From Octopus bimaculoides (Eukaryota), in assembly GCF_001194135.2 (NCBI RefSeq), contig NC_068981.1, positions 147,835,424-147,899,423 of the forward strand: 64,000 nucleotides of DNA, in the 5' to 3' direction. The stretch's first letter is position 1; every line of letters begins with the position of its first letter. Of this stretch, positions 38,955-50,706 are shown in pieces. The notes under the pieces were generated by a model. That model did not search any database. It was given only the letters and a program-made list of their open reading frames with translations, and was not told where the DNA came from. The translations under genes were made by a program, and so were the position numbers.

Positions 38955-39208
38955 GTTCAGGTCACTGCTTAGAATCAAACTCGTAATCTTGGGGTTAGTA
39001 GCCCGCGCTCTTAACCACTATGCCATATGCCCGTGGGCATATCTTAGGAATGAGAACCCAGGTTCGAAATTTCCCAAAGGTTGGAGAGTATATCAGCTAA
39101 AGCGTTGTGTTAACAATAAACAAGATGAGGACAAATATCTGTCGAATGTAAATAATGTAAATAATAATGTAAATAAAGTACATAATTCCTCATCTCTTAA
39201 ATATAGAA
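38735..39208 (-). mobile_element. tRNA-headed, hammerhead-bearing non-autonomous retroelement with inverted terminal duplication (Penelope-derived SINE/retrozyme-like)
   Basis: Minus-strand order: A-box TGGCATAGTGG (39025-39015), B-box-like GAGTTTGATTC (38982-38972), (AAT)n, Penelope-like 3' segment with hammerhead, TGTAAATAA repeats. Arms 38735-38882 and 39043-39176 are inverted copies of each other. Confidence 0.75.
38802..38847 (-). ncRNA. Minimal type I hammerhead ribozyme motif (Penelope-like element type)
   Basis: Minus strand reads GACAC-CUGAAGA-A-GGCUG(GAGGGUAUAU)CAGCU-GAAA-CGU-U-GUGUU. Core boxes are CUGANGA (38842-38836) and GAAA (38814-38811). Stem II is 5 bp (one G.U), stem I is GACAC/GUGUU, and stem III is the loopless palindrome ACGU. 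Predicted cleavage is after GUU at 38807. Confidence 0.75.
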
Positions 39209-39763
39209 TCAATAGTAAAAACAATACCTGATGACCAAAAGATTATGAGAAATATTGTTGTGTGAGTTTAGTATGATCATAATATAAAGCATATATAGCT
39301 CAAGCATCAGATTCGATGACTTTTCAAGAGATTAAGCTTTTCCACCCTACACCCACACGTAACAAAAACACCTGATTCTTATATCCAGCATCCATCCAAA
39401 TAAAATGAAGATTATAAGAGAATGATGAACATGCTATAATAGCTAAAAGAGATGCACACATACAACACAGCCATACAACACTTGGTTTCATTCTACTTTG
39501 TGACAATTTGGCCAAATGCCTTTTTTTTTTATCATATCTTCACATCAGCCCAAGACTTGTGAGTAACAATGTGTGTAGGTGGAAACTGGATGGAAGATTG
39601 TATCTGTTCTTGAATTGAGCTTAATCTGGTGCCCAGTTTAACACTACCACTATCCTTTTAGAAATGTCTGTGGAGCCCACCCTGTTGCAAGCACTTGGAC
39701 CAGGTCTCTGGTCTGAGCAAGACTTTATATCTTGATGGGCTGTACCCTACAGTAGCAACTTAC

Positions 39764-39832
39764 ACAAGTCTCCAAGGCCATGGAAAAGGTTATAGTCACA
39801 GTTCTTCTTTTTGTCTAAACCATAAAAAATTC
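39764..39832 (-). CDS. Candidate internal coding exon (69 nt, phase 1-1) of an unidentified gene
   Basis: Acceptor TTTATCTTTTTTATGGTGCCTGTAG and donor GTAAGT. Only one frame is open: (G)IFYGLDKKKNCDYNLFHGLGDL. Non-repetitive sequence; no family recognised. Confidence 0.4.
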
Positions 39833-40681
39833 CTACAGGCACCATAAAAAAGATAAATAAGGTCTGGAGAAATAAAAACAGAGATATAAGATAAGTAAAT
39901 TCAAGTACATTAGCAAAAGTATACCTATTTATATTAAATATTAGAAAGGTCTCTGATATAAAATACATATACAAATAATGCAGGTTAAAAACAACCACCT
40001 TCACAAATAAATTTTCACTAACAAATGAAAGTAACACAGTTAGAACTTGCTACACACATACTGCTAAATAGATTTACTACACAACCATGTATAAAATATA
40101 ACAAACATTACAAAATCAACTACAATGGATCAACAGAAATATGTTCCCAAACTATGAAATAAGCAATTTTGAAAGATGATACCAAAGATAACCAGATCCT
40201 GCAAGAAATTATTTTCACAAAAGTAAAGTCAAATATCAGTAAACTATAATTTACTCAGTTACCAGGACAGTAAAGAAGGGAAGCAGGTTTGACCTTAACA
40301 GAGTAGACCCTTTAGTCAAGTGACCCAAATGAAACGTTAAGAATAAAGTATTCAGATATAAAAGACTTATTCTTATCCTGATGGGGTTAAACATAAGAAA
40401 GAAAAATACAATGAAAAGAAATGTGTATATTAGACATTTTGTGTCAAATCCCCATCCTAAAATAGGGCTCAGATGTGAGTTTCCCTTCAATCCTTCAAGA
40501 CTAATTCCTCTTGAAATGTTTTGTACTTATGATACAGTAACATCAAAATATTAGATTTGTGCTGCCTTTCATTAAGCTTGCTTGCTTTTGTGTTGATCTT
40601 ACTCCAGTATTGTTGCCTAACAAACTATATCATATTTTTCTTCATAAAGAAACTAGCATTGGTCTCAGTCAACTGAATTAA

Positions 40682-40870
40682 TTAACCCTTTAGCATTTTA
40701 ATCAGCTATATCTGGCCCAAATGTCTTATGTTTAAACAAACCAGATCTAGCCTCTCATACCTACTCTACAATGTCATTCTAAAAATAAACACTCACTTCA
40801 TTGAAATCTCAAAATTTTAAGATAATGCATGTTTAATCCAAATATGAATAAGTAAGCATTACATTTGACA
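40682..40870 (+). mobile_element. Second copy of the TTAA-CCC MITE
   Basis: TTAACCCTTTAGCATTT...ACAATGTCATTCTA...GAAATCTC...TAAGCATTACATTTGACA shared with the 16936 copy. Confidence 0.55.
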
Positions 40871-41300
40871 GCGCAATGGCTGATACAGTATCAGAAAAAG
40901 TAAACTTATAAGAGATGTTTCTTTTGGGCTATTTATTTATTTATTTCTTTTTTGGTAAACTCTCTCATCTTTTTGTCAGACCATTGAAACTAATAATTCA
41001 AATTTTGAAAAAGGTGATATTTTGGCCCCTTGAGGTTTGCAGGAGAGTTATTACTAGAAATTCTCTTGATACAAAAATACTTTCTTGAAAATTTAATAGT
41101 GTAAAAAGAATGAAAAAAGAAAAAGAAAAAGAAAAACATTGGTGCTCATGAAAGTAAGTATAATAAAACAAATATTGTTACTAACATATGTTTCATCACT
41201 ATCAAGTTAATGTGTTAGTGATGACCAATGAATCAGCAATCTCTGCAAGTATAACACACATACACACACTCACACAAATAGCCTCAATGATGAAAACAGT

Positions 41301-41332
<32 letters not shown>

Positions 41333-42590
41333 TGTCATTTAATATCTGCCTTCTATGCTAGCGTGGATTGGATGATTTGACAGATCTTGGCGAACTAGAG
41401 GACTGTACCAAGATCCACAGTCTGTTGTGGCATAGTGTTTACAGCTGGATACCTGTCCTAGCACCATCCTTACAGAGTGGACTAAGTGCTTTTTATGTGA
41501 CACCAGCACCAGCAAGATCTGCTTTGGCATAGTTTTATGGCTGGATGCCCTTCCTTTACAGAGTTTACTGAGCAGATTGGGTACTTTTTGCAGTGCACCA
41601 ACACCAGCATGGTGTGCTTTGATTTAGCTTTTACAGCTGGATGCCCTTCCAAATGCTAACCACTTTACAAAGTGGATTAGTGGGTATTTTCTCATGGCAC
41701 CAGCACTGACAAGATCACCAAGTAACTTACAAGATGATTTGAGAGTGGGGTAGTATTGAAGGAAGTGACTTTGTACCAGGTGGTGAGAGATTAGAACATG
41801 ACAAAGGGACAGAAACAGGTGTCTTACTGTAGAGGAGCTTGAAAACTGGTGAGGGTTGGCAACAAGGAGAGCATCCAATTGTAGAAAATCAGCCTTAAAT
41901 ACGGTCCATCTGACCCATGCAAGCATGGAAAAGTGGACGTTAAATTAAGATAGATAGTAACGTAAAAGACTTTCTCACTTTCCCGAGTGTCAAAGTAATA
42001 TACCTGCTTGTTGTTCATACACCTGACTTCATTTTTTGTTTTTCTGTAAATTTCAACTATATATGCGTGTGTGTGTGTTTGTGTGTGTGTGTGTGGAGAG
42101 AGAGAGAAAGAGAGAGAGAGATACATGTATATACAACAAGCTTCTTTCAGTTTCTGTCAGTCAAATTCACTCACAAGGATTTGGTTGCTCTGAGGTTATA
42201 ATACAAGACACTTGCCCAAGGTGCCATGCAGTGGGACTGAATCTGGAAATAAGTGGTAGGGAAGCAAACTTCTTATCACACAACCATACTTGAAACAATT
42301 TGTTTTTTTCAAATTTCATTAATATTTCATCAGCTATCATATAGATAAAGTGAAGCAGAAAGCTAAATGAAGTTTAGTAATCAAGTAGTTTAGTGGTTGT
42401 GATTACAAGTTAACTGGAATACAAGTTAACTGGAATAAAAACAAAATTTTCTTAGTACCAAAAGATCTTGAAGACAAAACATCAAATCAACAACACCAAA
42501 CAGGTGAAGCCAAAACATTTTGTACCAGAAAAGATATCACCACAAGAAACCAGTTCAACCTATGTCAGCATGGAAAAGCATACATAAAAT

Positions 42591-42990
42591 GAAGAAGAAG
42601 AAGAAGAAGAAGAAGAAGAAGAAGAAGAAGAAGAAGAAGAAGACGACGATGACGAAGAAGAAGAAGAAGAAGAAGAAGAAGAAGAAGAAGAANNNNNNNN
42701 NNNNNNNNNNNNNNNNNNNNNNNNNNNNNNNNNNNNNNNNNNNNNNNNNNNNNNNNNNNNNNNNNNNNNNNNNNNNNNNNNNNNNNNNNNNNNNNNNNNN
42801 NNNNNNNNNNNNNNNNNNNNNNNNNNNNNNNNNNNNNNNNNNNNNNNNNNNNNNNNNNNNNNNNNNNNNNNNNNNNNNNNNNNNNNNNNNNNNNNNNNNN
42901 NNNNNNNNNNNNNNNGAAGAAGAAGAAGAAGAAGAAGAAGAAGAAGAAGAAGAAGAAGAAAATGATGACGATGATGATGATGATGATGAT
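42591..42990. repeat. (GAA)n/(GAT)n microsatellite spanning a gap, grown from a family C SINE tail
   Basis: Follows CAACCTATGTCAGCATGGAAAAGC; N-run at 42693-42915. Confidence 0.9.
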
Positions 42991-43733
42991 GTTGTATGCA
43001 GCAGGCTTACATACCATTTCCATCTACTAACTTATATTCACAAAGCATTAGACAACTGAGCCTGCTACAGTTGACACATACCCTCCTGGAATGCTGTACA
43101 GTGGGATCAAACCCAGAACTACGTAGTAGCAAAGAAAACTTCTTAACCACACAGCTATGCCTGCACCTATATATATAATTATATAAATTATTGTGGTTCG
43201 CTCAAAAAGCTGAAATTGAATATTTATTTGCTTTGACAGCAAACTTCAAGCTAAACTGTGCATTAATTCCTTTAATCTCTCTCAGAGTTAAGGATTTATC
43301 TTTTGCAGCCTATCAGTAAGGAAGGACTGATGACAGTTGTCTCTAAGGACATAGAAATGTTATCTCTTCTATTTTCTCTTTGATGTTTTCTTCTGAAATT
43401 TAATTCAATTCTCTCAAGTTGTATCATCATCATCATCATCATCATCAGGTATAGACCTTAACCTCTTGCTACTGTTTATTACTCATTTACTAGTTTCAGT
43501 TATTTGACTATGGTCAAGGTGTAGCACCACTTCTAAAGGTTTGTAGAATCAATCATACTGATCTCAGAACTTATTTTTTCCATTCCTATTTATCAAACTG
43601 CTAAGTTACAGAACAGAAAAAGACACAATATAGACAACACCAGTTTTTAGACTTATTTAAACATGAACCTTGGACATACACACAGAAATACACACATATG
43701 CAAGCACACATGCAGAAGTGGGTGTGTGTGTGC

Positions 43734-43779
<46 letters not shown>

Positions 43780-44692
43780 GTATGTGTTAAGTCAAGGTTA
43801 TTGTTTTTGAAGCAAATTTTAAAATAGTAATAACAGAAACTCCTCTAATGAGAAGGTTTATAACATTCATTTTCCCTGGAACTGACAATTTATTGAACTA
43901 AAATGGTTAAATAAGCTGCCAGGTAAAACTTTACGCTCCCTCAACCACATGATTCCAAGTTCAGTCCCACTGTGTGGCATCTTGATCATGTGTCTTCTAC
44001 TATAGCCTTGAGCTGAACAAATCTTTGTGAGTGGATTTGGTAGGTAGATGGAAACTGTGATTGGAAAGACCTGGCAAGTCAAGTGAGATCATAGCCATGG
44101 CCGGTGCTAGTTTCGCATAACTGGCCTATTTAAAAGTACCCTTCAGTTGTCAGGCAATATGCTGTGCTTGAGAAGACTTGTTGAGTCAAGCGAAATCGTA
44201 GTTGTCTATATCTGATGAGCTACTCCACTGTTTGCCGACCAAATTTCATTCACAAAGTATTGGTCAACTTGAGGTTATAGTAGAAGACACCTGCCCCAAG
44301 GTGCTACAGAATAGAGTCTAATCTGGAACTGTGTGGCCATGAAATGAACTTCTTAATTGCATAGATTCCCTATCTTACTTTCCTTGTAGAAAATATAAAG
44401 CTAACAATACTATTTATTAATTAGAACCTGAAATTATCTGAGAATAAATAGATTTTTATCCCCTTAGCAGTAAGATTACTCTATCAAATGCAATATTTAT
44501 TCACATTATTTTGAATTAATCATGCATTACCTCACAGCTTTGAGATTACAATGATGTGATTTTTGATTTTTAGAATGATATTGTAGAGTAGGTGAGAGAT
44601 TGAACAGTAAAACATTTCCTGCTCTTTAACTGAGATCTTTCAGCTTGAATACAAAACAGGCAGAATATTTGGTCTGAATATGGCCAGTTTAA

Positions 44693-44797
44693 CTGCGATG
44701 GACTGGTGTCCCGTCCAGCTGGGGGGAACACATATGCCATAGAAACCAGGAAACCAGGTCATGAGCCTGGCTAGGCTTTGAAAGGGCGAAAAAAAAA
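44693..44797 (+). mobile_element. 5'-truncated poly(A)-tailed retroposon with 13-bp TSD
   Basis: TSD ATGGCCAGTTTAA at 44680-44692 and 44798-44810, with a 3' A-run. Begins CTGCGATGGACTGGTGTCCCGTCCAG, resembling the V-SINE central domain. Inserted into the inverted TTAA MITE. Confidence 0.8.
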
Positions 44798-45504
44798 ATG
44801 GCCAGTTTAAATGTTAATTGGTTATTATTGTTTCTCAGTAAAAGTGATAGAACATCAGAGAATGAAAATATTTTTGTTCTGCAGTTGACTTGTTCATCCC
44901 TCATTGTTCTGTTAAAAGTTATATTGTTCAAGATCAGGACTATGATAAAAAAAAGAAAACATTTCAGCTATTACAACCTTATGTATGACAAGTCCTTTTT
45001 TTTTAAGATGGTAGAGTGTGATTTGTGGAATATTTGTCTGCTATTTCTAGCAGGTTGTGCAATCTCATTGGCTTGACCATACTTCTTTTGTAGCAGAGGC
45101 AGGATGATCAAGAAAGATTTGATGACAAATTGAAGTGTTCACAGAAAGTCAATATGTTTGGTTGTTCTAATGATTGAACAGTAAAACATTTCCTGCTCTT
45201 TAACTGAGAGAAGAGAACAACCAGTGTTATTCACTGTCTGTTCTCACTTGAAGTGCAAGTACTGGAAATGTTACATTTTCTACTCTTCATAGTAAACAAG
45301 TGACATTCTATAAACGCTCATTTGGATTGATTGTTGCTGGTTCTAGAGTTTCCCCTTGATGGTAAATAAGTTAGGTCTCGCAATATTGGATCCCTCAATA
45401 TTATGACATAGGACTAAAACATGAGAAGAAATGTAGAAGAGACATAGTAATGCAAAGATGTTAACTTCAAACCAGTGTGGAAAAATGGCCATTCAAATCA
45501 TAAC

Positions 45505-45611
45505 AAAGATAGTAGTAGTGGTGGTGGTGGTGATGGTGGTGGTGAGGATTGTGGTCATAGCAGTGGTGGTGATGATTATGATGATGGTGGTGGTAATTAT
45601 CACAATGATGG

Positions 45612-45667
<56 letters not shown>

Positions 45668-45812
45668 CTGGTAGTGGTGGTGGTGGTGGTGGTGCTGGTG
45701 CTGGTTTGATGGTGTTGAGGATTGTTGTCATAGCAGTGGTGGTGATGATTATGATGATGGTGGTGGTAATTATCACAATGAAGATGGTGATGATGATGAT
45801 GATGATGAAGAT
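45505..45812. repeat. Compound (GGT)/(GAT) trinucleotide tract with an internal ~70-bp direct duplication
   Basis: GAGGATTGT.GTCATAGCAGTGGTGGTGATGATTATGATGATGGTGGTGGTAATTATCACAATGA occurs twice (about 45544 and 45717). Confidence 0.9.
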
Positions 45813-47102
45813 ACATTTACATTACACAACTGCACTGTTTACCAGTCCAATAGTAATTCCAGAATATCTACAAGCACATTGCATTAGATTTAGAAAAATA
45901 TATCAAGAGTCAATAAAAAAAAAAGGTTATTCACCTTATTTTATGACAGCCCAGCATGAGTTCAGAGATTCTCTGAAAGCCAGTGCCAGTATATTTTATG
46001 GTGTTAGGCATTCCAGGGAATATTGTTGCTGTTTATGCAACCAAGCCTTACAGCTGCATCTGCTCTTGCAGCCCAATAACTACAGAGATGTAAGCTTTTA
46101 TGTATGAGCTGATCAGCTAGATGACAAAGTATAACCTTTACAATGAACTTGCTCATAAAAGAGACACAAATAATTGGATTGTAATTAGATGGAACTTCAA
46201 AACCCAGGTATTTTTTATTGTAAGTGTGATGCTGCTTTCAAGATATCTGTGGGGAGATTTTTTTTTTAAGATTAGGAAGAAGGTTATCAGAGGTGGATGA
46301 TTATATAAGAAAAGAATTTCTCTAAATTCTTTCCATCAGAGAAATCTAAGTTGTTTAGACTTGATAAAATATCTGACAGGCATGATTGCTCTTTTATGTG
46401 TTTATAGTCATAAACCAAGAACACTATTTTTGAAGAACGCAGATTTCTTTGTGTGATATTTCAAGAATGTTGGGGTGTAATAAGTGTCAAGCGAGTGCAA
46501 TTATTGTCATATTAATTAATGAGATTATTTTACCTGTAAGACCAACAAATGATAATAGCATCGAAACAAAGGAACAAGAAATTGTCCACAGTAACTCAAT
46601 GTGCTAGAAATAAGAGCCAAACCTCCCTTAATTTACAACCTACCATCTCAAATAAAGTGAGGTAAAATGGACAGTTTAGTCATCATTGTAATCCCTTGAA
46701 TACAAAAAAATGTGAGGATCATGGTTGAAATACCTTTAATCAAAGCTCCCATGGATCAGGGATAACCAGGTGTTCATTAACAACATTGATAACGATGCCA
46801 GTACTAGGGTTGAGTACCAGAGAGGAATAATTGTTTTAAGTTATCAGGAAAATGTTAGTAATGCTAATTTTATGGCTTCTGTTTCAGTTATCATAGATAA
46901 TGAAAATTAGAGCAATAGGGAAATACAAAGTTGAAATAAAGAAGGTTTAATATATTCTTGTTCAAAAGAAAAAAAGAAAACTTCCAACAAACAACACTAC
47001 ACATGTTTCATTTAAACCTCACATAGATTAAACGGAAAGTAAGCAGACAATTCCCTTACTATTTCTATATGCATGCTGTGAAGAATGAAAGGAGTTGAAA
47101 TA

Positions 47103-47959
47103 CAGGGTGTCCCCAAAGTCACTGATGGGTTTTAATTTTTAATAACTTCCTTAACTGTATAAATAAATGCATGAAATTTTGATACAATATAAAAGATATG
47201 ATGGAAATTAATATGCACAAGTCAAATTTTGCAACACCACTACATCATATATGAAAAATGACATTACTTAAATGGCAGTCATTTTTGGCTTCGCATGCCA
47301 GTGCTCTTTCCAAAACTTGCATCATAACACCTTCAAGAGTTTCAGACCCCACTTCTCTGATTTCTGCATTGATATTCTCCTTCAGTTGCATCAGGGTCAC
47401 CAATATGTTGACATAAACCCTCTCTTTCAAGTATCCCCACGAAAAAAATCCAGGCTAGTCAAGTCTGAGGAATGTGAAGGCTATTCAGAGTAGACCTCAC
47501 ACATGGTTCCAGCAGGATGGGGCAACTTCTCATACCACAAGAGAAACAATGCAGTTGTTACAGCAGTGCTTTGGAGAGAGAATAATCTTCTGATACGGCA
47601 ATATCAACTGGCCTTCACATTCCCCAGACTTGATTAGCCAGAGAGGGTTTACATCAACAAACCAGAGACCGTGATGCAACTGAAGAACATCAACTGAGAA
47701 ATCAGAGAAGTGGGGTCTGAAACTCTTGAGGGTGTTATGGTGCAAGTTTTGGAAAGAGCACGGGCATACAAAGCTGAAAATGGCTGCCATTTAAGCGATG
47801 TCCTTTTTCATGTGTGATGTAGTGGTGTTGCAAAATTTGACTTGTGCATATTAATTCCCATTATGTCCTTTATATTGTATCAAAATTTCATGCATTTATT
47901 TGTAAAGTTAAAGAAATTAATAAAAATTGAAACCCATCAGTGACTTTTGGGACACCCTG
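47103..47959. mobile_element. Fold-back Tc1/mariner derivative (DD41D, rosa-type) built from two inverted transposase 3' ends
   Basis: Ends CAGGGTGTCCCCAAAGTCACTGATGGG / CCCATCAGTGACTTTTGGGACACCCTG with TA on both sides. Arms 47103-47481 and 47611-47959 are inverted. The spacer encodes WFQQDGATSH...WPSHSPDL and the left arm (minus) encodes SDLTSLDFFSWGYLKERVY. Combining them gives 41 residues between the two aspartates. Confidence 0.9.
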
Positions 47960-50706
47960 TACTGCATCTTATGTTAACATGCACCTACATTCTGTAGTAA
48001 TTCCTCATCACCACCTTCCTTGCTGCTTTCTTTGTTCAAACCTTTTGCAGTTTAATAGTAACTTAATAGCAACTCCTGACTCAGCATCTTACTTCCTAGA
48101 ACATCACTTTACAGGCTTATACTCTGTTTATGATTTTTTTTTCTTTTGCACTGCTATGGAATAAAAATAACATATAGTTTTGTGAAATGAATACACATAA
48201 AATTATTCCTATTTTGTGTTCCAATGTTCATTTTAAGCTTGAATAACTTTGTTAAGCAGTAACTACTATTAGTTCTTCTCTGCCAATGAAACTCAGTTCT
48301 GCCTGATGAATTCAGCTTTATATCTTCTGCTTTCCCTGCCCACATTCTAAAACACCCTTCTCTAATGAATTGTGCTGGAACACAATACAAGTCATAAAAT
48401 TACTTCTTTCTAATTACCGAGCTAAAACTATTAAATAGCTGTAAAAAAAATAGAAGCAAAGTTTAATAAAATTTTAATTGTCTTTGAAAAATGAAAAAAA
48501 AAAAAGATAAATAAATATAGTAATTATTAAAAAAATAATAATAAAACAGGCTAAAATTTCTGACTGAATGAGATGATTTCTATTTCTTGCCAGATCAAAG
48601 CAAATTTATGTTGTTAATTCATAGAAGCCCATTGTTTTATTATTAGATTGTTTGCAGAGTGCTTTCATAGTGTAAAAAATTGTTGGGTTTATTTTTCTCA
48701 ATATAGTCTTAATTTTTTTTTTTTATTATAATAGAAAGGAAGAGATATTTATATCAGAAACAAGATAGCAAGGTGACAAAAATTTATAAGAAGGGGTGTT
48801 CATTCATTTTCAAAGGACTAATAAAAAGAAAATGGCTATTTATATGAAGAGTGTGACAGCAAGAAACAGTCAGTTGTCCCTTACTGAAAAAGTTAAATAG
48901 CAGGGAAAAAAAATTTGAAATGTAAGACATAAATAGAAATAATTAATATTTATCTGTAAAGAGAAATAACAAGAAGGAATGGTTGTTTATCCAACATGAG
49001 ACAGCAAGCAGAAAATATATTTACATGAAAAGACAGCCAGCAAGATAAGATAGTTTCTTTTTTACATTACAGGAGAGTTTGAAAAAAATTTCTTGTGTTT
49101 TCTTTGAGATGAATGACAGCAGACACAACAGAGAGGATGATGATAAAAACAAAGTAAAGAAAACTCCATTTTTGCTTAACCCTTTCCTGACTTTTTTTTC
49201 TAATAAGTAGACTGCCAGTGTTTCAATTAGATTCTCAAAAGAATCAAGGTTTGGAGAGTTCAGTTAAATATCTGTAACTTTATATATTGGCATATATTGT
49301 CGGTCTTGACCAACTGGAATATCTAGTCACATTTATGTCATAATAAAATCAACCTACATTTTAATTTTATTACAAATGCTTTATAGCACGGGTCACCTCA
49401 GGTGGATTTGTTAAGAAGAAAATTATTTATCTAAACAAGCTCCTCTTTCTAACACAGAAACCTAATTTGGTGAAATTGTCCTTTTATGTTTAAGAATTTA
49501 ATGACATGGCACTACTTCTTTAGAACTACCAATAACAACGTACAAGGGAATGTGAAGGGATATTTTGTATAGTTCATTGTGGAGCAATGAACAAAAATTT
49601 CAATAAAATCTGAAGATTAATTTGAACGAGTCAATAAAACCAAGCAAAAGCAAAAGTTACTGTTGCTGTTATTTAGACTCAAATCAGCTTTAATTGAATA
49701 ACTCCATGATCAAAGACCTCTTTTATTTTTTTACCTCTTTCAGTCATTGGATTGTAACCATGCTGGAGTGCCACTTTGAAGGGTTTTAATTCAACAAATC
49801 GACCCTAGTACTTATTTTTTAAGTCTGGTACATGTTCTATTGGTTTCTATTGCTGCATTTCTAAGCTATCAGGATGCAAACAAATCAATACAAACACACA
49901 CACACACGCACACACATATACATGACAGGTTTTCACAGTTTCCGTCTACCAAATTTATTCAAAGCCATGTAGTTGCAAAGTAAGCTTCATAATCATACAT
50001 CCATGTCTACGCTTATCCATTTCTTTCCATTTACTTTGCAGTGTGCCTCCATTACTACATACTATCCTATATACCTTTCTGCTTTTAAGACTGTAGGGTG
50101 AAGTTTGACAGATGTCTGACTACTTTTTCTATCAAGTCTAGTGGTCACATGGAAGTGCCATTATTAAAGCTAATAGTGGAAAGATAATGTAAAATACCAG
50201 AGAAGAAATTAAACTAAAAAACCATGAAAAAAAGTGAAGAAATCTTTCTTTAAACAATTAATATTAATGGGGGTTTTGCCCTTTTTTCATTGTACATTGA
50301 TTTCTTTATGCTGTCATTATTTAGCCAGGTCTCTGCCTCAATTTAAAACCCAACTGAACCAGGTCTATAAATCTGTAGCAGGTCTCTGTTTAACTGGAAA
50401 CATGACAAAACACCAAGTGACACACAGAGCAAACAAGTATAGAAGTGAATGTGAAACCCAGTTGATATGTGTGTGTAAATGAACAAGATTTGGAGACAAG
50501 GAGGGAAGGAGTTTGATTAGCAGGTTCCATTTCAGGAACTTAGTGATCTGTACAGTCTTCACTGTGATCACAATCAAAATGCTGAATTCTAAACAGAACA
50601 GTCAACTTTAACACATTCACAACTTCTACATACATATTTTTGAATTTCTTTCTGGACACATATTCTTCCATTATGAACAACACTTTTCAATCTCCTTTGG
50701 TTTCAT

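Noticed and set aside
38965-39035. Possible tRNA-Ser(ACT) gene
   Set aside because: Only A/B boxes and an anticodon-like loop are present, with no acceptor stem pairing. It is a SINE-type head; the same applies to family A and B heads.
40190-40385. Additional minus-strand exon candidates next to the 39.8-kb exon
   Set aside because: Acceptors look plausible, but phases match only with a weak donor and very short introns, and the peptides are unconvincing.
14929-43059. Long ORFs containing X runs (for example 14929-15999, 25606-26442, 36541-37650, 42520-43059)
   Set aside because: They are open only because they cross N gaps and microsatellites.
45458-46107. 210-aa Gly/Asp/Met-rich ORF and a GPCR TM1-like LGIPGNIVAVY in another frame
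   Set aside because: The ORF is trinucleotide repeat. The GN motif has an in-frame stop just upstream and no TM2 LAxxD-type continuation.
9085-48310. Other CTGANGA occurrences (about 9085, 10636, 13545, 34520, 44215, 48303) as hammerheads
   Set aside because: No stem II followed directly by GAAA plus a compatible stem I.
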